From a virus (lineage: Duplodnaviria > Caudoviricetes): 64,000 nt of DNA. Below are positions 1 to 8,463 of this stretch, piece by piece. The notes beneath the pieces were generated by a model. That model was given only the letters and a program-made list of their open reading frames with translations. It was not told where the DNA came from and made no database searches. The translations under genes were made by a program, and so were the position numbers. The stretch lies in IMG/VR virus record IMGVR_UViG_3300036805_000167, positions 64,001 through 128,000 of that record; one strand, 5' to 3'. The first letter of the stretch is position 1. Every line of letters begins with the position of its first letter.

Positions 1-1
1 C

Positions 2-121
2 GACTGCCAGTGCGGCGAGGACTGGCTGCCCGCCCGGTTCCCGACCTGGGAGACGGCCTACCGGGTGGCCGACGACCACGCGCGGGTGTCGCACAAGACC
101 GACCGGCGGTGGCGGCGATGA
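2..121 (+). CDS. 3' end of small CxC/His-containing hypothetical protein (partial)
   Basis: Manual translation DCQCGEDWLPARFPTWETAYRVADDHARVSHK...; TGA overlaps ATG at 118 (ATGA coupling). Confidence 0.45.
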   Translation, partial: DCQCGEDWLPARFPTWETAYRVADDHARVSHKTDRRWRR

Positions 122-630
122 AAACGATCCTGCTGCTGCTCATCGCCGGCCTGGCCGTGGCGATCGTGAAGGCGCACCCCGCAGCGCTGCTGATCCTGGT
201 GCCGATCGTGCTGCTGCTGTTCCGGGCGCGCTCCAGGGCCACCTCTGGGGCGATGACCGCCCACATCGCACCGGGCCACTACCCGGCCGAGACTGCCCGT
301 CACGAAGCTGGTCACGTCGTCGCCGCTCGCCGAATCGGCGGACGAGTCACCTCGGCGGTGGTCAATCGCGATGGCTCGGGCTACGTGCGCGTGTCCGGCA
401 TGGCGTCCGCTGCTAAGCGCATCGGGTTCCTCCGAGCCGGTGAGTACGCGATCCACTCCGGCCGGGGCGCCTCCGCTGATCGGGCAGCTGTTCGCGCGAT
501 CCTGCGCGAAGTCCCCAAAGCGGACCGCGCCCGAGTGTTGCGCGAGGGCGAGCGCATCGGGCGCTCGGCCGCCCGCAGCTCGAAGGTGTCGGGTGTCGCG
601 TCGAAACTGGCGCGCGACGGGAGGCTCTGA
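118..630 (+). CDS. Membrane-anchored HEXXH zinc metallopeptidase (M41/M50-like), copy 1
   Basis: Start moved to ATG118 (MKTILLLL); N-terminal hydrophobic segments, ARHEAGH motif, later AG...GASAD resembling FtsH GASND; paralog at 9930. Confidence 0.7.
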   Translation: MKTILLLLIAGLAVAIVKAHPAALLILVPIVLLLFRARSRATSGAMTAHIAPGHYPAETARHEAGHVVAARRIGGRVTSAVVNRDGSGYVRVSGMASAAKRIGFLRAGEYAIHSGRGASADRAAVRAILREVPKADRARVLREGERIGRSAARSSKVSGVASKLARDGRL

Positions 631-1259
631 TGACCTGGGCGCGCGGTTCTCTCATCGTCCTGCTGGCGGCCATCGCCGCCGGCGCGCTGACCTTGTCCGC
701 GTCGAGCACGCTCCAGCTCGCGAGCCGCTCCGGCGTGCACAACGTCCAGTTCGCGTCGATCGCCGTGCTCGAGCTCGCCGCCATCGTCGGCACCGTGATG
801 TGGCTGCGCGCGTCGCACTGGCGCAGTCGCGTCGAGGCTGCGCTGCTCGTCGTCGGCGCGTCCGCGGTCACCGCGATCGGGGGCCTGGGCGCCTACGGGC
901 TGTTCGGGCTGGTCGGGCCCGCGTTCCTGGTCGCGTCGGTGCACGTCGCCTCCCGGGAGTGGCGTGCCGAGCCGCACGCCGCGCACGAACCGTCCGCGAC
1001 CGCGCCCGTCGCGCCCGTCGAGCCCTGGGGTCCGCCCGAGACCGTGCCCGAGACCGCGCCCGTCGCACCGTCCCCGCCCGCCACCCTGCACGCCGTGCCC
1101 GGGCTCGCACGCGAACGGTCCGACGGGCTCGACGCGCTCTCCCGCGACGACCTGCGCGAGCTCGCGAAGACGCGAGGCGTGACCCAGCGCGGCAGCGCGG
1201 ACGAGCTGCGCGTGCGGCTGCGTGCGGCGACCGCACCGAACCGGGAGGCCAGCGCATGA
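630..1259 (+). CDS. Spd/DUF2637-like multi-TM protein with C-terminal SAP-like DNA-binding domain, copy 1
   Basis: Four hydrophobic segments, Pro-rich linker, LSRDDLRELAKTRGVTQRGSADELRVRL SAP-like helix-extension-helix; translationally coupled. Confidence 0.6.
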   Translation: MTWARGSLIVLLAAIAAGALTLSASSTLQLASRSGVHNVQFASIAVLELAAIVGTVMWLRASHWRSRVEAALLVVGASAVTAIGGLGAYGLFGLVGPAFLVASVHVASREWRAEPHAAHEPSATAPVAPVEPWGPPETVPETAPVAPSPPATLHAVPGLARERSDGLDALSRDDLRELAKTRGVTQRGSADELRVRLRAATAPNREASA

Positions 1260-1714
1260 GCCGCACCACCATGTTCCACAACGGCGTCAAGATCACGGCC
1301 TCGGGCGGTGGCGGCATCGCGTGGCTCGTCGAGCTGATCGCGCTCGTCGGCGCCGTCGCGGGCATCGCCGCGGCGTTCCGGGCGCTGACCGCACCCGAAC
1401 CCGTGCTCGACGCCGCCATCGGGATCACCTTCGACGTCGCGGGCATCCTCGGCGCCCTCGGACTGCTCGGGATCGGGGGCTGGCTCGTCTACGACGCCGC
1501 GGCCTCCCGCGCGGCCGTGCGCCGGTTCGCGACCCACGACGACCGGCTCGACGCGGCCGCCGCGGCACGCCTGGAGCGCACGGCCGTGCGCCCGGCCGTC
1601 GACCCCGCACGCCTGCACGTGCCCGCCGACCGGCTCGACCGCACGGAGACCGTGCCCGCACGCGGCGACGAGGCCCTGGAGCCCGTGCCCGTCGAGCTGG
1701 ACGCGCTGGGCTGA
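1256..1714 (+). CDS. Two-TM membrane protein (transfer/spread module)
   Basis: ATG1256 overlaps previous stop (ATGA); MSRTTMF...; two TM helices. Confidence 0.6.
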   Translation: MSRTTMFHNGVKITASGGGGIAWLVELIALVGAVAGIAAAFRALTAPEPVLDAAIGITFDVAGILGALGLLGIGGWLVYDAAASRAAVRRFATHDDRLDAAAAARLERTAVRPAVDPARLHVPADRLDRTETVPARGDEALEPVPVELDALG

Positions 1715-1716
1715 CC

Positions 1717-3462
1717 ATGTCCGATCATCCCGTCGTGCGGGCGGCACGGTTCGCGGTCGGACACCCGCTGGACGGCACTCACCGCACCAACGCGGGCTGG
1801 ACGAAGCCTGGCACCGCACCGTACGACCCGGACCGTGCGGGCTGGTGGGCGCACCAGTCGCACCGCCGGCGTTCGGCGATCCGCTGGGGCGCCCTGCTCG
1901 GGATCACGGCCGCGATCATCGGGATCCTGCTCGCTCCGGGCGCGACCGCGTCCACGCTGCGCATCCCGGTCTGGTTCGGGATCGTCACCGCGGTCTACGT
2001 GGTGGTGCACAAGACCCGGCGCTGGGAGCACTACAAGCGCTGGATCGAGGCGATCGCGCTCGCGGTCGGCCCGCTGCTGGACATGCCCCGGCGCCGCAAC
2101 CCGCGCGAGTGGATTCACGTCCCGATCGGGCACCAGGACGACCCCGACAAGCCGGTGCTGCTCACGCTGCCCGAGAACTTCGCGATGAACGAGACGCGCC
2201 GCGAGCGTCTCGCCCTGCTCACGGCCGCGGTCGCGGGCGTGCAGAACCCGTTCTGGCAGTTCGACCTCGAAGCGCGCCCGCCGACGCTGCTGGTCTCGGC
2301 GATCCCGCAGCCGCCCACGCTGGTGGTGTTCTCCGAGATCGTGCGCGAGTGGGAGAACGCCGCCGACGACGAGCTGATCATCGGACTGGCCGCGGGCGGC
2401 GTCCCCGCCCGGGTGAGCCTGGGCGGGGACTCCCCGCACATCCTGTGCTCGATGGGCTCGGGTGGGGGCAAGTCCGAGTTCTGCGCCGGGATCGCGCTCC
2501 AGATGCGGCGCAAGGCCCGGCCCGCGCGGGTGATCTACATCGACGTGATCAAGCGCGGGGCGTCGGCGAAGTGGGCCAAGGGCGTCGACGGCATCGAGGT
2601 CATCCGCTCCACCGCGCTCGCCCACGACCTGCTGCTCGAGCTGTTCGCACAGGTCCAGGCCCGGTGCGAGAGCTACTGGGACCACGGCTACGACGCCGAG
2701 CAGCAGCGCGTGCTGATCATCGTCGACGAGGCGAACCGCACCACCCGCGAGCTGACCCGCTACTGGCGCGCGGAGTGCGAGGGCAAGGGCACCTCCCCGG
2801 CCGTGGACGCGATCGAGGGCATCCTGTTCGTCGGGCGCGAGGCGGCCACGCACGTGCTCACCGTCGGGCAGCGGATGTCGGCGGCCGCGTCCGGTGGCGG
2901 CGACGCCCGCGAGGCGTACGGCGTCAAGATCGGGAACCGGTTCTCGCCGCAGACCGCGCGGATGCTGTTCGGTGACGTCGGCGACGGCCGAGCCTCCACG
3001 CTGCCCCGCTCGTCGAACCACCCGGGACGCGTCCAGGTGGTCACCGGCGGCAGCGCGGTCGCCGTCCAGGTGCCGCTGTCGACCGACCGGGCCACGAAGG
3101 CGCTGCTGCCCGGGCCCGCGGCCTGGATCGCCGACGCGCCCCCGCTCGTCGTGCAGAGCGTCCGCCCAGCGATGTCGCCCAACACCGCGCGTGTAGGGGA
3201 TTCGCCGGTTCATGACGTCGGTCGACGTCACCTCGAGCCGGTCCCGAACGCGCCCGCGGACGCCGAGCCGCCCCCGATGTTGATCGCGCTGCCGGATGCT
3301 GTCGAGCAGCTCGACGGCGTGAGCCTGACCGCGCTCAAGAACGCCCGCGCCCGCGACAAGGACTTCCCCGAGCCCGCCCAGAAGGTGGGCCAGACCTACC
3401 TCTACGACCTCGACGAGCTCGCCCGCTGGGCGGCCAACCGCGCACAGGCTGGAGCCCGCTGA
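1717..3462 (+). CDS. TraB/FtsK-SpoIIIE-like DNA translocase, copy 1
   Basis: ATG1717 MSDHPVV; N-terminal TMs, Walker A-like SMGSGGGKS, Walker B VLIIVDE, GREAATHVLTVGQR, PGR motif, C-terminal wHTH-like YLYDLDELARW. Confidence 0.8.
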   Translation: MSDHPVVRAARFAVGHPLDGTHRTNAGWTKPGTAPYDPDRAGWWAHQSHRRRSAIRWGALLGITAAIIGILLAPGATASTLRIPVWFGIVTAVYVVVHKTRRWEHYKRWIEAIALAVGPLLDMPRRRNPREWIHVPIGHQDDPDKPVLLTLPENFAMNETRRERLALLTAAVAGVQNPFWQFDLEARPPTLLVSAIPQPPTLVVFSEIVREWENAADDELIIGLAAGGVPARVSLGGDSPHILCSMGSGGGKSEFCAGIALQMRRKARPARVIYIDVIKRGASAKWAKGVDGIEVIRSTALAHDLLLELFAQVQARCESYWDHGYDAEQQRVLIIVDEANRTTRELTRYWRAECEGKGTSPAVDAIEGILFVGREAATHVLTVGQRMSAAASGGGDAREAYGVKIGNRFSPQTARMLFGDVGDGRASTLPRSSNHPGRVQVVTGGSAVAVQVPLSTDRATKALLPGPAAWIADAPPLVVQSVRPAMSPNTARVGDSPVHDVGRRHLEPVPNAPADAEPPPMLIALPDAVEQLDGVSLTALKNARARDKDFPEPAQKVGQTYLYDLDELARWAANRAQAGAR

Positions 3463-3464
3463 CC

Positions 3465-4217
3465 ATGCCCATGAAGGCGACCCACCAGGCCGGCGCCGCG
3501 CCGTGCGCGGTTCTACTCGGCGCGTACGCCCCGGTGCCGTGGCCGGTGGCGATCGGGGTCGGGCTCGCGTGCTGGGGGGTGGCCGCGATCAACGACTGGG
3601 ATCACCCGAACTACACCCGTCGGATGCACCTGGGCGCGATGGCGGTCCGCTGGTCGGCTCGCGCCGGCTACCGCATCCGCACCCGCCACGACCGCCACCG
3701 CACCGACCTGCACCGCGGCCCGTCGCACTCGCTGGAGTGGTGCGCGATGTTCGGGCTCGCGGTCGGGGTGCTGGCCAGCCTCGCATTCGGGTACTGGGGC
3801 GAGGCCGGGTGGGGGCTGTGGTTCGGGATCGCGGTCGCGACGGGGACGGCCTCGCACGTGCTGCTGGACTGGATGACGCCCTCGGGGGTCCCGCTCTCGG
3901 CGCTCTACAACGTGACGCTCTACCCGCTGCTGCGCCGCGGCCGGAACCGTCAGGTCTGGCGCCGCCACGCGTGCGGCTGGTGGGTGCCGTTCTACGAGGT
4001 GTCGTTCTGGCTGCGCTGGATCCGTCTGCCGCGCCCGATGGCGGTCGACGAGTCCCACCCGGGCTGTACGCCGGGCCTGTTCCACACCGACCGCGGCGGC
4101 GAGCACATGATCGTGGTCCCGATCCTCTACGGGGCGACCGGGGTCATCGTGCTCTCCGTGCTGGGCATCCTCACGCCGGTGATCACGTTCTTGGCCCCGA
4201 TGGTGACCGCGCTGTGA
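3465..4217 (+). CDS. YdjM-like membrane metal-dependent hydrolase
   Basis: DWDHP, HRGPSHSL and SHVLLDWMTPSGVP motifs with TM helices. Confidence 0.75.
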   Translation: MPMKATHQAGAAPCAVLLGAYAPVPWPVAIGVGLACWGVAAINDWDHPNYTRRMHLGAMAVRWSARAGYRIRTRHDRHRTDLHRGPSHSLEWCAMFGLAVGVLASLAFGYWGEAGWGLWFGIAVATGTASHVLLDWMTPSGVPLSALYNVTLYPLLRRGRNRQVWRRHACGWWVPFYEVSFWLRWIRLPRPMAVDESHPGCTPGLFHTDRGGEHMIVVPILYGATGVIVLSVLGILTPVITFLAPMVTAL

Positions 4218-4600
4218 GCGCCCGTCGCGCCCAGGGAGCCGCCGAGGGCGGCAAGCGCCGCCACCTGCCCCGCTCCGGGGTGTACAAGGCCTGCCACAAG
4301 TGCCGGGGCTCCGGGCGCGTACACGGCGGCCTGTGGTGCGCGGGCTGCGGCGGGCACGGCATCCGCAAGGTCGGGAACGTCAAGCGCGGGCGCGGGCGAG
4401 GGAAGGGGCCGTCGTGGACGCCGACCGGGCGCAAGCGTGCGAGCCGGAAGCTGGGCAACCGTGCGCTGTGCGTGGGCGGTGCGTACCTGGCCGGGTTCTA
4501 CTTCCTGGGCGCGCTCGGCGGGGTGCTGGTACTGGTCGTGGTGGGGCTGCTGATCGTGTTGCGTGCGGCCGCGTGGGTCACCGAGGCGTCGCACCGGTGA
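4214..4600 (+). CDS. DnaJ-type zinc-finger protein with C-terminal TM
   Basis: GTG4214 coupled; CHKCRGSG...CAGCGGHG; hydrophobic C-terminus. Confidence 0.6.
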   Translation: MSARRAQGAAEGGKRRHLPRSGVYKACHKCRGSGRVHGGLWCAGCGGHGIRKVGNVKRGRGRGKGPSWTPTGRKRASRKLGNRALCVGGAYLAGFYFLGALGGVLVLVVVGLLIVLRAAAWVTEASHR

Positions 4601-4785
4601 GCGCCGTGCCGGAGGCCGTGCGGACCGTGCGGGCCCGCACGCACGCGGTCACGCTGGCCCAGCGCGCGTGCCGCGCCGCGGACCGGGCGGTCGGGGCGTA
4701 TCTGGCGCACTGCGCGCGGATGGACGCGTGGGAGCGCCGTCGCGACCGCGAACGGCGGCGACGGCGCTCGTCACGGGCGCGCTAG
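4597..4785 (+). CDS. Hypothetical protein
   Basis: GTGA-coupled start, last gene of operon. Confidence 0.4.
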   Translation: MSAVPEAVRTVRARTHAVTLAQRACRAADRAVGAYLAHCARMDAWERRRDRERRRRRSSRAR

Positions 4786-4953
4786 CCGGCGCGCCATCCG
4801 CGCGACGTCGTTGCCCGAGTACAGCGCGACCGTGGTCTTGCCGTAGCCGTTGGAGTAGCTGCCCACGGGCGAGAGCTGAGCCTTGACCGTCGCGGCCGGG
4901 ACGCCGATCTGTGCGACCGCTTCCTCGAGCGTGAGCAGGGTGTCGACGCTCAT
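4771..4953 (-). CDS. Small HTH/excisionase-like DNA-binding protein (paralog of 15779)
   Basis: MSVDTLLTLEEAVAQIGVPAATVKAQL...VALYSGNDVARMAR; clear paralog at 15779. Confidence 0.65.
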   Translation of the reverse strand: MSVDTLLTLEEAVAQIGVPAATVKAQLSPVGSYSNGYGKTTVALYSGNDVARMARRLARP

Positions 4954-5168
4954 CGTTCGTCCTCCGCGATCCGGGCGACCTCGGCGATTGCCTCCGCCGT
5001 GGCATGGTCGGTGACCCGCTCCGGGACGACGACAAGCTCCGGGTCGCGGCCCACGCGGATCGCGCACACCATGTGCCCGGAGTCGGAGATACCGAGCACC
5101 ACCCGGTACGACGGGTAGCCGGCCGGACCGGGTGCGGTGCCGGTCAGGATCAGCGGTTCCTCGATCAT
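4950..5168 (-). CDS. Hypothetical protein
   Basis: MIEEPLIL..., coupled overlaps on both sides. Confidence 0.5.
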   Translation of the reverse strand: MIEEPLILTGTAPGPAGYPSYRVVLGISDSGHMVCAIRVGRDPELVVVPERVTDHATAEAIAEVARIAEDER

Positions 5169-5344
5169 CGCAAGAACACCTCCAAGATCACGCTGGTGAG
5201 TACGAACAGGGCGAACAAGGCGACCGCGAGCGAGAGCACCCGGATCGGGAAGTAGTCGACGACCCCCGCGCCGCAGCGCGGGCACCGGGTCACGACGCCG
5301 GCCGTGCGCACGCGTTCGCGGCACGACTGGCAGGTCTCAGTCAC
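5165..5344 (-). CDS. Zinc-ribbon plus TM small protein
   Basis: CQSC...CPRC then hydrophobic helix. Confidence 0.5.
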   Translation of the reverse strand: MTETCQSCRERVRTAGVVTRCPRCGAGVVDYFPIRVLSLAVALFALFVLTSVILEVFLR

Positions 5345-5483
5345 GGTCGACCTCCAGCTCGTCGCGATAGTGCAGGTACAAGTAGTGCCCGCACATGCAG
5401 ACGCCCGGCTCCTCGATGCCGACCTTGGCACCGTTGTGGACGGGCTCGGTGCAGCCACAGACGCAGGCGTCGCGCTCGGTCAT
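5337..5483 (-). CDS. Small Cys/His-rich protein
   Basis: MTERDACVCGC...CMCGH. Confidence 0.5.
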   Translation of the reverse strand: MTERDACVCGCTEPVHNGAKVGIEEPGVCMCGHYLYLHYRDELEVDRD

Positions 5484-5686
5484 CGTTCGGCCTCCAGCTC
5501 GTCGGCGCGTCGACCCAGGCGATTGCCCATCACGTTGAACCCTTCGGCGTAACAATCCTCGGACCACTTCCGTAGCTCGGCGATCAGGACCGGGCGAGCG
5601 ATGGCGTCAACACGAGAAGCGTCGGGCACAAGATCGAAGTTGCGCAGTGCCTCGATTGCCTCGTCGGGGATGTGCAGTTCAGTCAT
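5480..5686 (-). CDS. Phage hypothetical protein
   Basis: MTELHIPDEAIEA...; coupled. Confidence 0.55.
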   Translation of the reverse strand: MTELHIPDEAIEALRNFDLVPDASRVDAIARPVLIAELRKWSEDCYAEGFNVMGNRLGRRADELEAER

Positions 5687-5847
5687 CGGGGCTCATTCCG
5701 TTCTAGCCAGTCGATGTGCCGCTCATAGGCCTCACGGCGCATACGATCGAGGTTGGCTTCGGACTCCTCGGCCACGGCGAGAACATCCGGACACGGTGAT
5801 GGCCGACCGCAAGTCGAGCAGCGCTTCACGTCGTCGACATCGCTCAT
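5683..5847 (-). CDS. Small hypothetical protein (CxxC)
   Basis: MSDVDDVKRCSTCGRPSPC. Confidence 0.5.
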   Translation of the reverse strand: MSDVDDVKRCSTCGRPSPCPDVLAVAEESEANLDRMRREAYERHIDWLERNEPR

Positions 5848-6023
5848 CGCCGCACCTCGGACTCTGCGCGGTACCAGCGGTAGCCCGCGCCCGCGACCAG
5901 TACGTGAACCCAGCGCTGACCGCACCAGCACGTCACGGCCCCGCGGGCGAACCCGAACCCGCGCCGTGGAGTCGGCGCGCAGCGGTGCCCGAGCGCGTGG
6001 GCGATCTTGGTCCTAGCCCTCAT
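5844..6023 (-). CDS. Small hypothetical protein
   Basis: MRARTKIAHALGHRC...CWCGQRW; coupled. Confidence 0.45.
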   Translation of the reverse strand: MRARTKIAHALGHRCAPTPRRGFGFARGAVTCWCGQRWVHVLVAGAGYRWYRAESEVRR

Positions 6024-6231
6024 CGTGATCTGTCTCCTCGTCCGTGTTCTCGCTGAGCCAGCGCGCGATCGTGTTGCGGTGCACACCGGTGATCGCGGCC
6101 ATGCGCAGTCCAGAGATGCCGCTGACGGCGCCGCCCTGTACGAGCTCGACGAGCGTGGCGTGCTCGCGCTCGGTGTTCGTAGTGCTCGCGTGCCAGCGGC
6201 GGGCCTGCTCGGCGATGGTGGCTTCGTCCAT
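6013..6231 (-). CDS. HTH transcriptional regulator
   Basis: GISGLRMAAITGVHRNTIARWL HTH; divergent from 6279. Confidence 0.7.
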   Translation of the reverse strand: MDEATIAEQARRWHASTTNTEREHATLVELVQGGAVSGISGLRMAAITGVHRNTIARWLSENTDEETDHDEG

Positions 6232-6242
6232 GCGAGCCAGTA

Positions 6243-6278
6243 TTGCACACTGCACCAGTGCAGTGCTACTGTGGGCAC
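6243..6278 (+). promoter_or_regulatory. Leaderless promoter TTGCAC-N18-TACTGT with operator palindrome CACTGCAC-ca-GTGCAGTG (6248-6265)
   Basis: Read directly; ATG 6 nt after the -10; lies between divergent genes. Confidence 0.6.
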
Positions 6279-6494
6279 ATGAGCACAGACACCTTCCCGC
6301 TCGACCTCCGAGTCGGGTGCCAGCACTGCGGCGATGTCGCCTGCGTGGCCGCGTACGTGATCTCGGCCGAGGCCGAGGACGGCGGCGAGCCCGTGCATGT
6401 CGGCACTCGCTGCCTGCGCACGGCCGTGGCCTTCATGTCGTACACGGCCATCCACCGGACCGGTCCGGTCTACATCGAGGGCGTGACGGCATGA
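6279..6494 (+). CDS. Hypothetical protein (CxxC)
   Basis: MSTDTFPLDLRVGCQHC; follows promoter. Confidence 0.55.
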   Translation: MSTDTFPLDLRVGCQHCGDVACVAAYVISAEAEDGGEPVHVGTRCLRTAVAFMSYTAIHRTGPVYIEGVTA

Positions 6495-6670
6495 TCACGC
6501 GGCTCGCGGTCATCACCGCGATCTCCACCGTCGGAGGCATCGTGCTCGCGACCTTGGGCGGTCTCTACGGGATCCCGCTCGCCGGACTGTTCGGCGCGGT
6601 GGCTGCGATGTTCGGCGGCGTGCACTTCGGACTGCACTACGCGCCCGGTCAGCACCGGAGTCGGTCATGA
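6491..6670 (+). CDS. Small two-TM membrane protein
   Basis: MITRLAVITAIS...; coupled. Confidence 0.55.
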   Translation: MITRLAVITAISTVGGIVLATLGGLYGIPLAGLFGAVAAMFGGVHFGLHYAPGQHRSRS

Positions 6671-6870
6671 GCGACTACCTCGACCGGCCCGAGACGGTGT
6701 GGGAGTCCGAGCACGACGAATGGCTCGACGAGCTGGAACGCGACCTCGAGCCGCACGTCGGACCCGAGCGCACGCCCGAGGGCGAGCTCACGGAATGGGA
6801 CACGGTCGCGATCGCGGTCGGGGTCATGCGCGACGAGCGCTACGAGCAGGACTTCGGAGGGACGACATGA
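6667..6870 (+). CDS. Acidic hypothetical protein
   Basis: Coupled ORF. Confidence 0.55.
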   Translation: MSDYLDRPETVWESEHDEWLDELERDLEPHVGPERTPEGELTEWDTVAIAVGVMRDERYEQDFGGTT

Positions 6871-7991
6871 CCGACTTCACGCCGCGCGAGGCCGCGGACC
6901 TCGTTGAGCGGGCAGGCCCGATGTGGCTGGTGGACGACAACGACCGCGCGTCCACCGCCCTCCGCGTCCTGATCGACCACGCCCGCGCCACCTCGCCCGC
7001 GCCCGAGGGCGGGGACCTGACTTGGCTCGTGGACGGGCTAACACGGATCGCGAGTGACCTCGAAGAGGCGAACGAATCGCTCGACGACGAGCGGGTCGCC
7101 GAGGAAGCGCGGTCGGCCGTCAGTGCGATCGAAGGTCTGCGATCCGAGGTCAAAGTGCACATGAGGCGGCCCGCGCCCTCGGTCGCGGCCCCGCCGCGAG
7201 AAGACGTGCGCGATCCTGGCCATGCTTTCACCACCGACGGCTTCCTCGACCAGTCGGAGCTGACACGGCGCTTTGAGCAGCAGCTCCGTCGCATAGTCGC
7301 GGTCCATCCGGGTGACGTGTTCGAGCGCAACGACGGCGGCGTGAACGCTCTGGTCGACGCGGGTGATCTAGCTCGGACCTATGCGCGAGTCGCGCGGATC
7401 GCGTTCTACGGCAACGACGAGGTCGACGCCTCGGACGCCATGCACACCGAGCCCGCTGCCGCGCCCGAGGGCGGGGACCTGGCCGCGGACGACTGGCGTC
7501 GCTTCTCGACCTCGCAGGTCCGAGGCGCGCTCGGATGGTGGCTGTACGCGGCCGAGACCGGCGACCACTCCGGCGGCACGGAGGACGCAGCTCGTGACGT
7601 GATCGGGCACGAGGACGCGGACCGACTCGCCCGCCTGCTCCCGCTTCGCCCGACGCCCTCGGTCGCGACCCCGCCGCGGGAGGGCGAGTGCCTCTGCTCC
7701 GACCCGTGGGACCCGGCCGCGCACATGCATCGCTTCGAGGCCCATCCCGAGTGCCCGCAGCACGGCGACCCGGCCGTGCTGGCACAGATCGCCCCCGCGG
7801 TCGGGGACATGGTCGAGACCGTCGAGCAGCTCGACGGGCTACCGGTGGGAGCGGTGGTGCGCACGGGCGCAGACATGGTCGCCGAGCGGATCGCCCACGC
7901 CTGGCGGCTGACCGGAGCGGCCGGTGAGTACCGGACGACGGGACTAACGCTCCCCGCCCGCGTGCTCGACGTTCCGGAGGGCTCGAAGTGA
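6867..7991 (+). CDS. Mosaic phage hypothetical protein with repeated linkers
   Basis: ATG6867 with GGAGG RBS; APEGGDL x2 and PSVA(A/T)PPRE x2; C-terminal VETVEQLDGLPVGAVVR phage-type module. Confidence 0.6.
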   Translation: MTDFTPREAADLVERAGPMWLVDDNDRASTALRVLIDHARATSPAPEGGDLTWLVDGLTRIASDLEEANESLDDERVAEEARSAVSAIEGLRSEVKVHMRRPAPSVAAPPREDVRDPGHAFTTDGFLDQSELTRRFEQQLRRIVAVHPGDVFERNDGGVNALVDAGDLARTYARVARIAFYGNDEVDASDAMHTEPAAAPEGGDLAADDWRRFSTSQVRGALGWWLYAAETGDHSGGTEDAARDVIGHEDADRLARLLPLRPTPSVATPPREGECLCSDPWDPAAHMHRFEAHPECPQHGDPAVLAQIAPAVGDMVETVEQLDGLPVGAVVRTGADMVAERIAHAWRLTGAAGEYRTTGLTLPARVLDVPEGSK

Positions 7992-8378
7992 CCGCCCCAA
8001 CGCCGCGCGACGACTTCGCCGACGAGTTGCGGGACACGGCGGCGCCACGGTTGTCGTCTGGCTCGACGCATGACCTGAATGGAGACCAGCCTGCCAACGA
8101 CGACTGACGACCACACCGGGCGAAGGGTCTGGGACCCTGCCGAGGTCACCGCGCAGCGACCAGGCGCACGACGAGACACCTGACCACAATTCGAAGGGGA
8201 GCACGACATGAGCTACGGCAACGGCCACGACAAGGCCGAGCGGATGCAGGAACAGTGGCGTAAGGGCCACGGTGAGAGGGAGCGGGAACGCGAGACGCGG
8301 GAGCGGGTGGATCGTGAACGCTGACCCCGACAACGACCGCGCGTCCACCGCCCTCCGCGTCCTGATCGACCACGCCCG
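6935..8378 (+). repeat. 51-bp exact direct repeat (6935-6985 = 8328-8378)
   Basis: cgacaacgaccgcgcgtccaccgccctccgcgtcctgatcgaccacgcccg present twice, encoding DNDRASTALRVLIDHAR. Confidence 0.9.
8208..8324 (+). CDS. 38-aa charged peptide
   Basis: GAAGGGG RBS; MSYGNGHDKAERMQEQWRKGHGERERE...; below ORF-track cutoff. Confidence 0.45.
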   Translation: MSYGNGHDKAERMQEQWRKGHGERERERETRERVDRER

Positions 8379-8463
8379 AGCCACCGCGCCCGAACCCGAG
8401 GGCCACAAGTGGCTGCAGATGCAAGCCATGGTCACGAACGCGACGAGAGAGGACGACGAGTGA
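8314..8463 (+). CDS. Small hypothetical protein sharing the DNDRASTALRVLIDHARAT module
   Basis: GTG8314; duplicated segment of the 6867 gene. Confidence 0.45.
   Translation: MNADPDNDRASTALRVLIDHARATAPEPEGHKWLQMQAMVTNATREDDE

Noticed and set aside
1222-1716. N-terminal extension of the TraB-1 ORF (and of 371-1714)
   Set aside because: Arg-rich off-frame translation overlapping real genes; coupled starts at 1256 and 1717 fit better.
1489-3231. 580-aa minus-strand ORF (and similar long shadows such as 46043-48088, 33678-35309, 38936-40267, 54239-55369)
   Set aside because: Antisense shadows of GC-rich genes with no recognisable motifs or RBS, unlike the HNH in the intein.
6935-8378. DGR template/variable repeat pair
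   Set aside because: Copies are identical over 51 bp, show no adenine-specific pattern, and there is no reverse transcriptase in the window.
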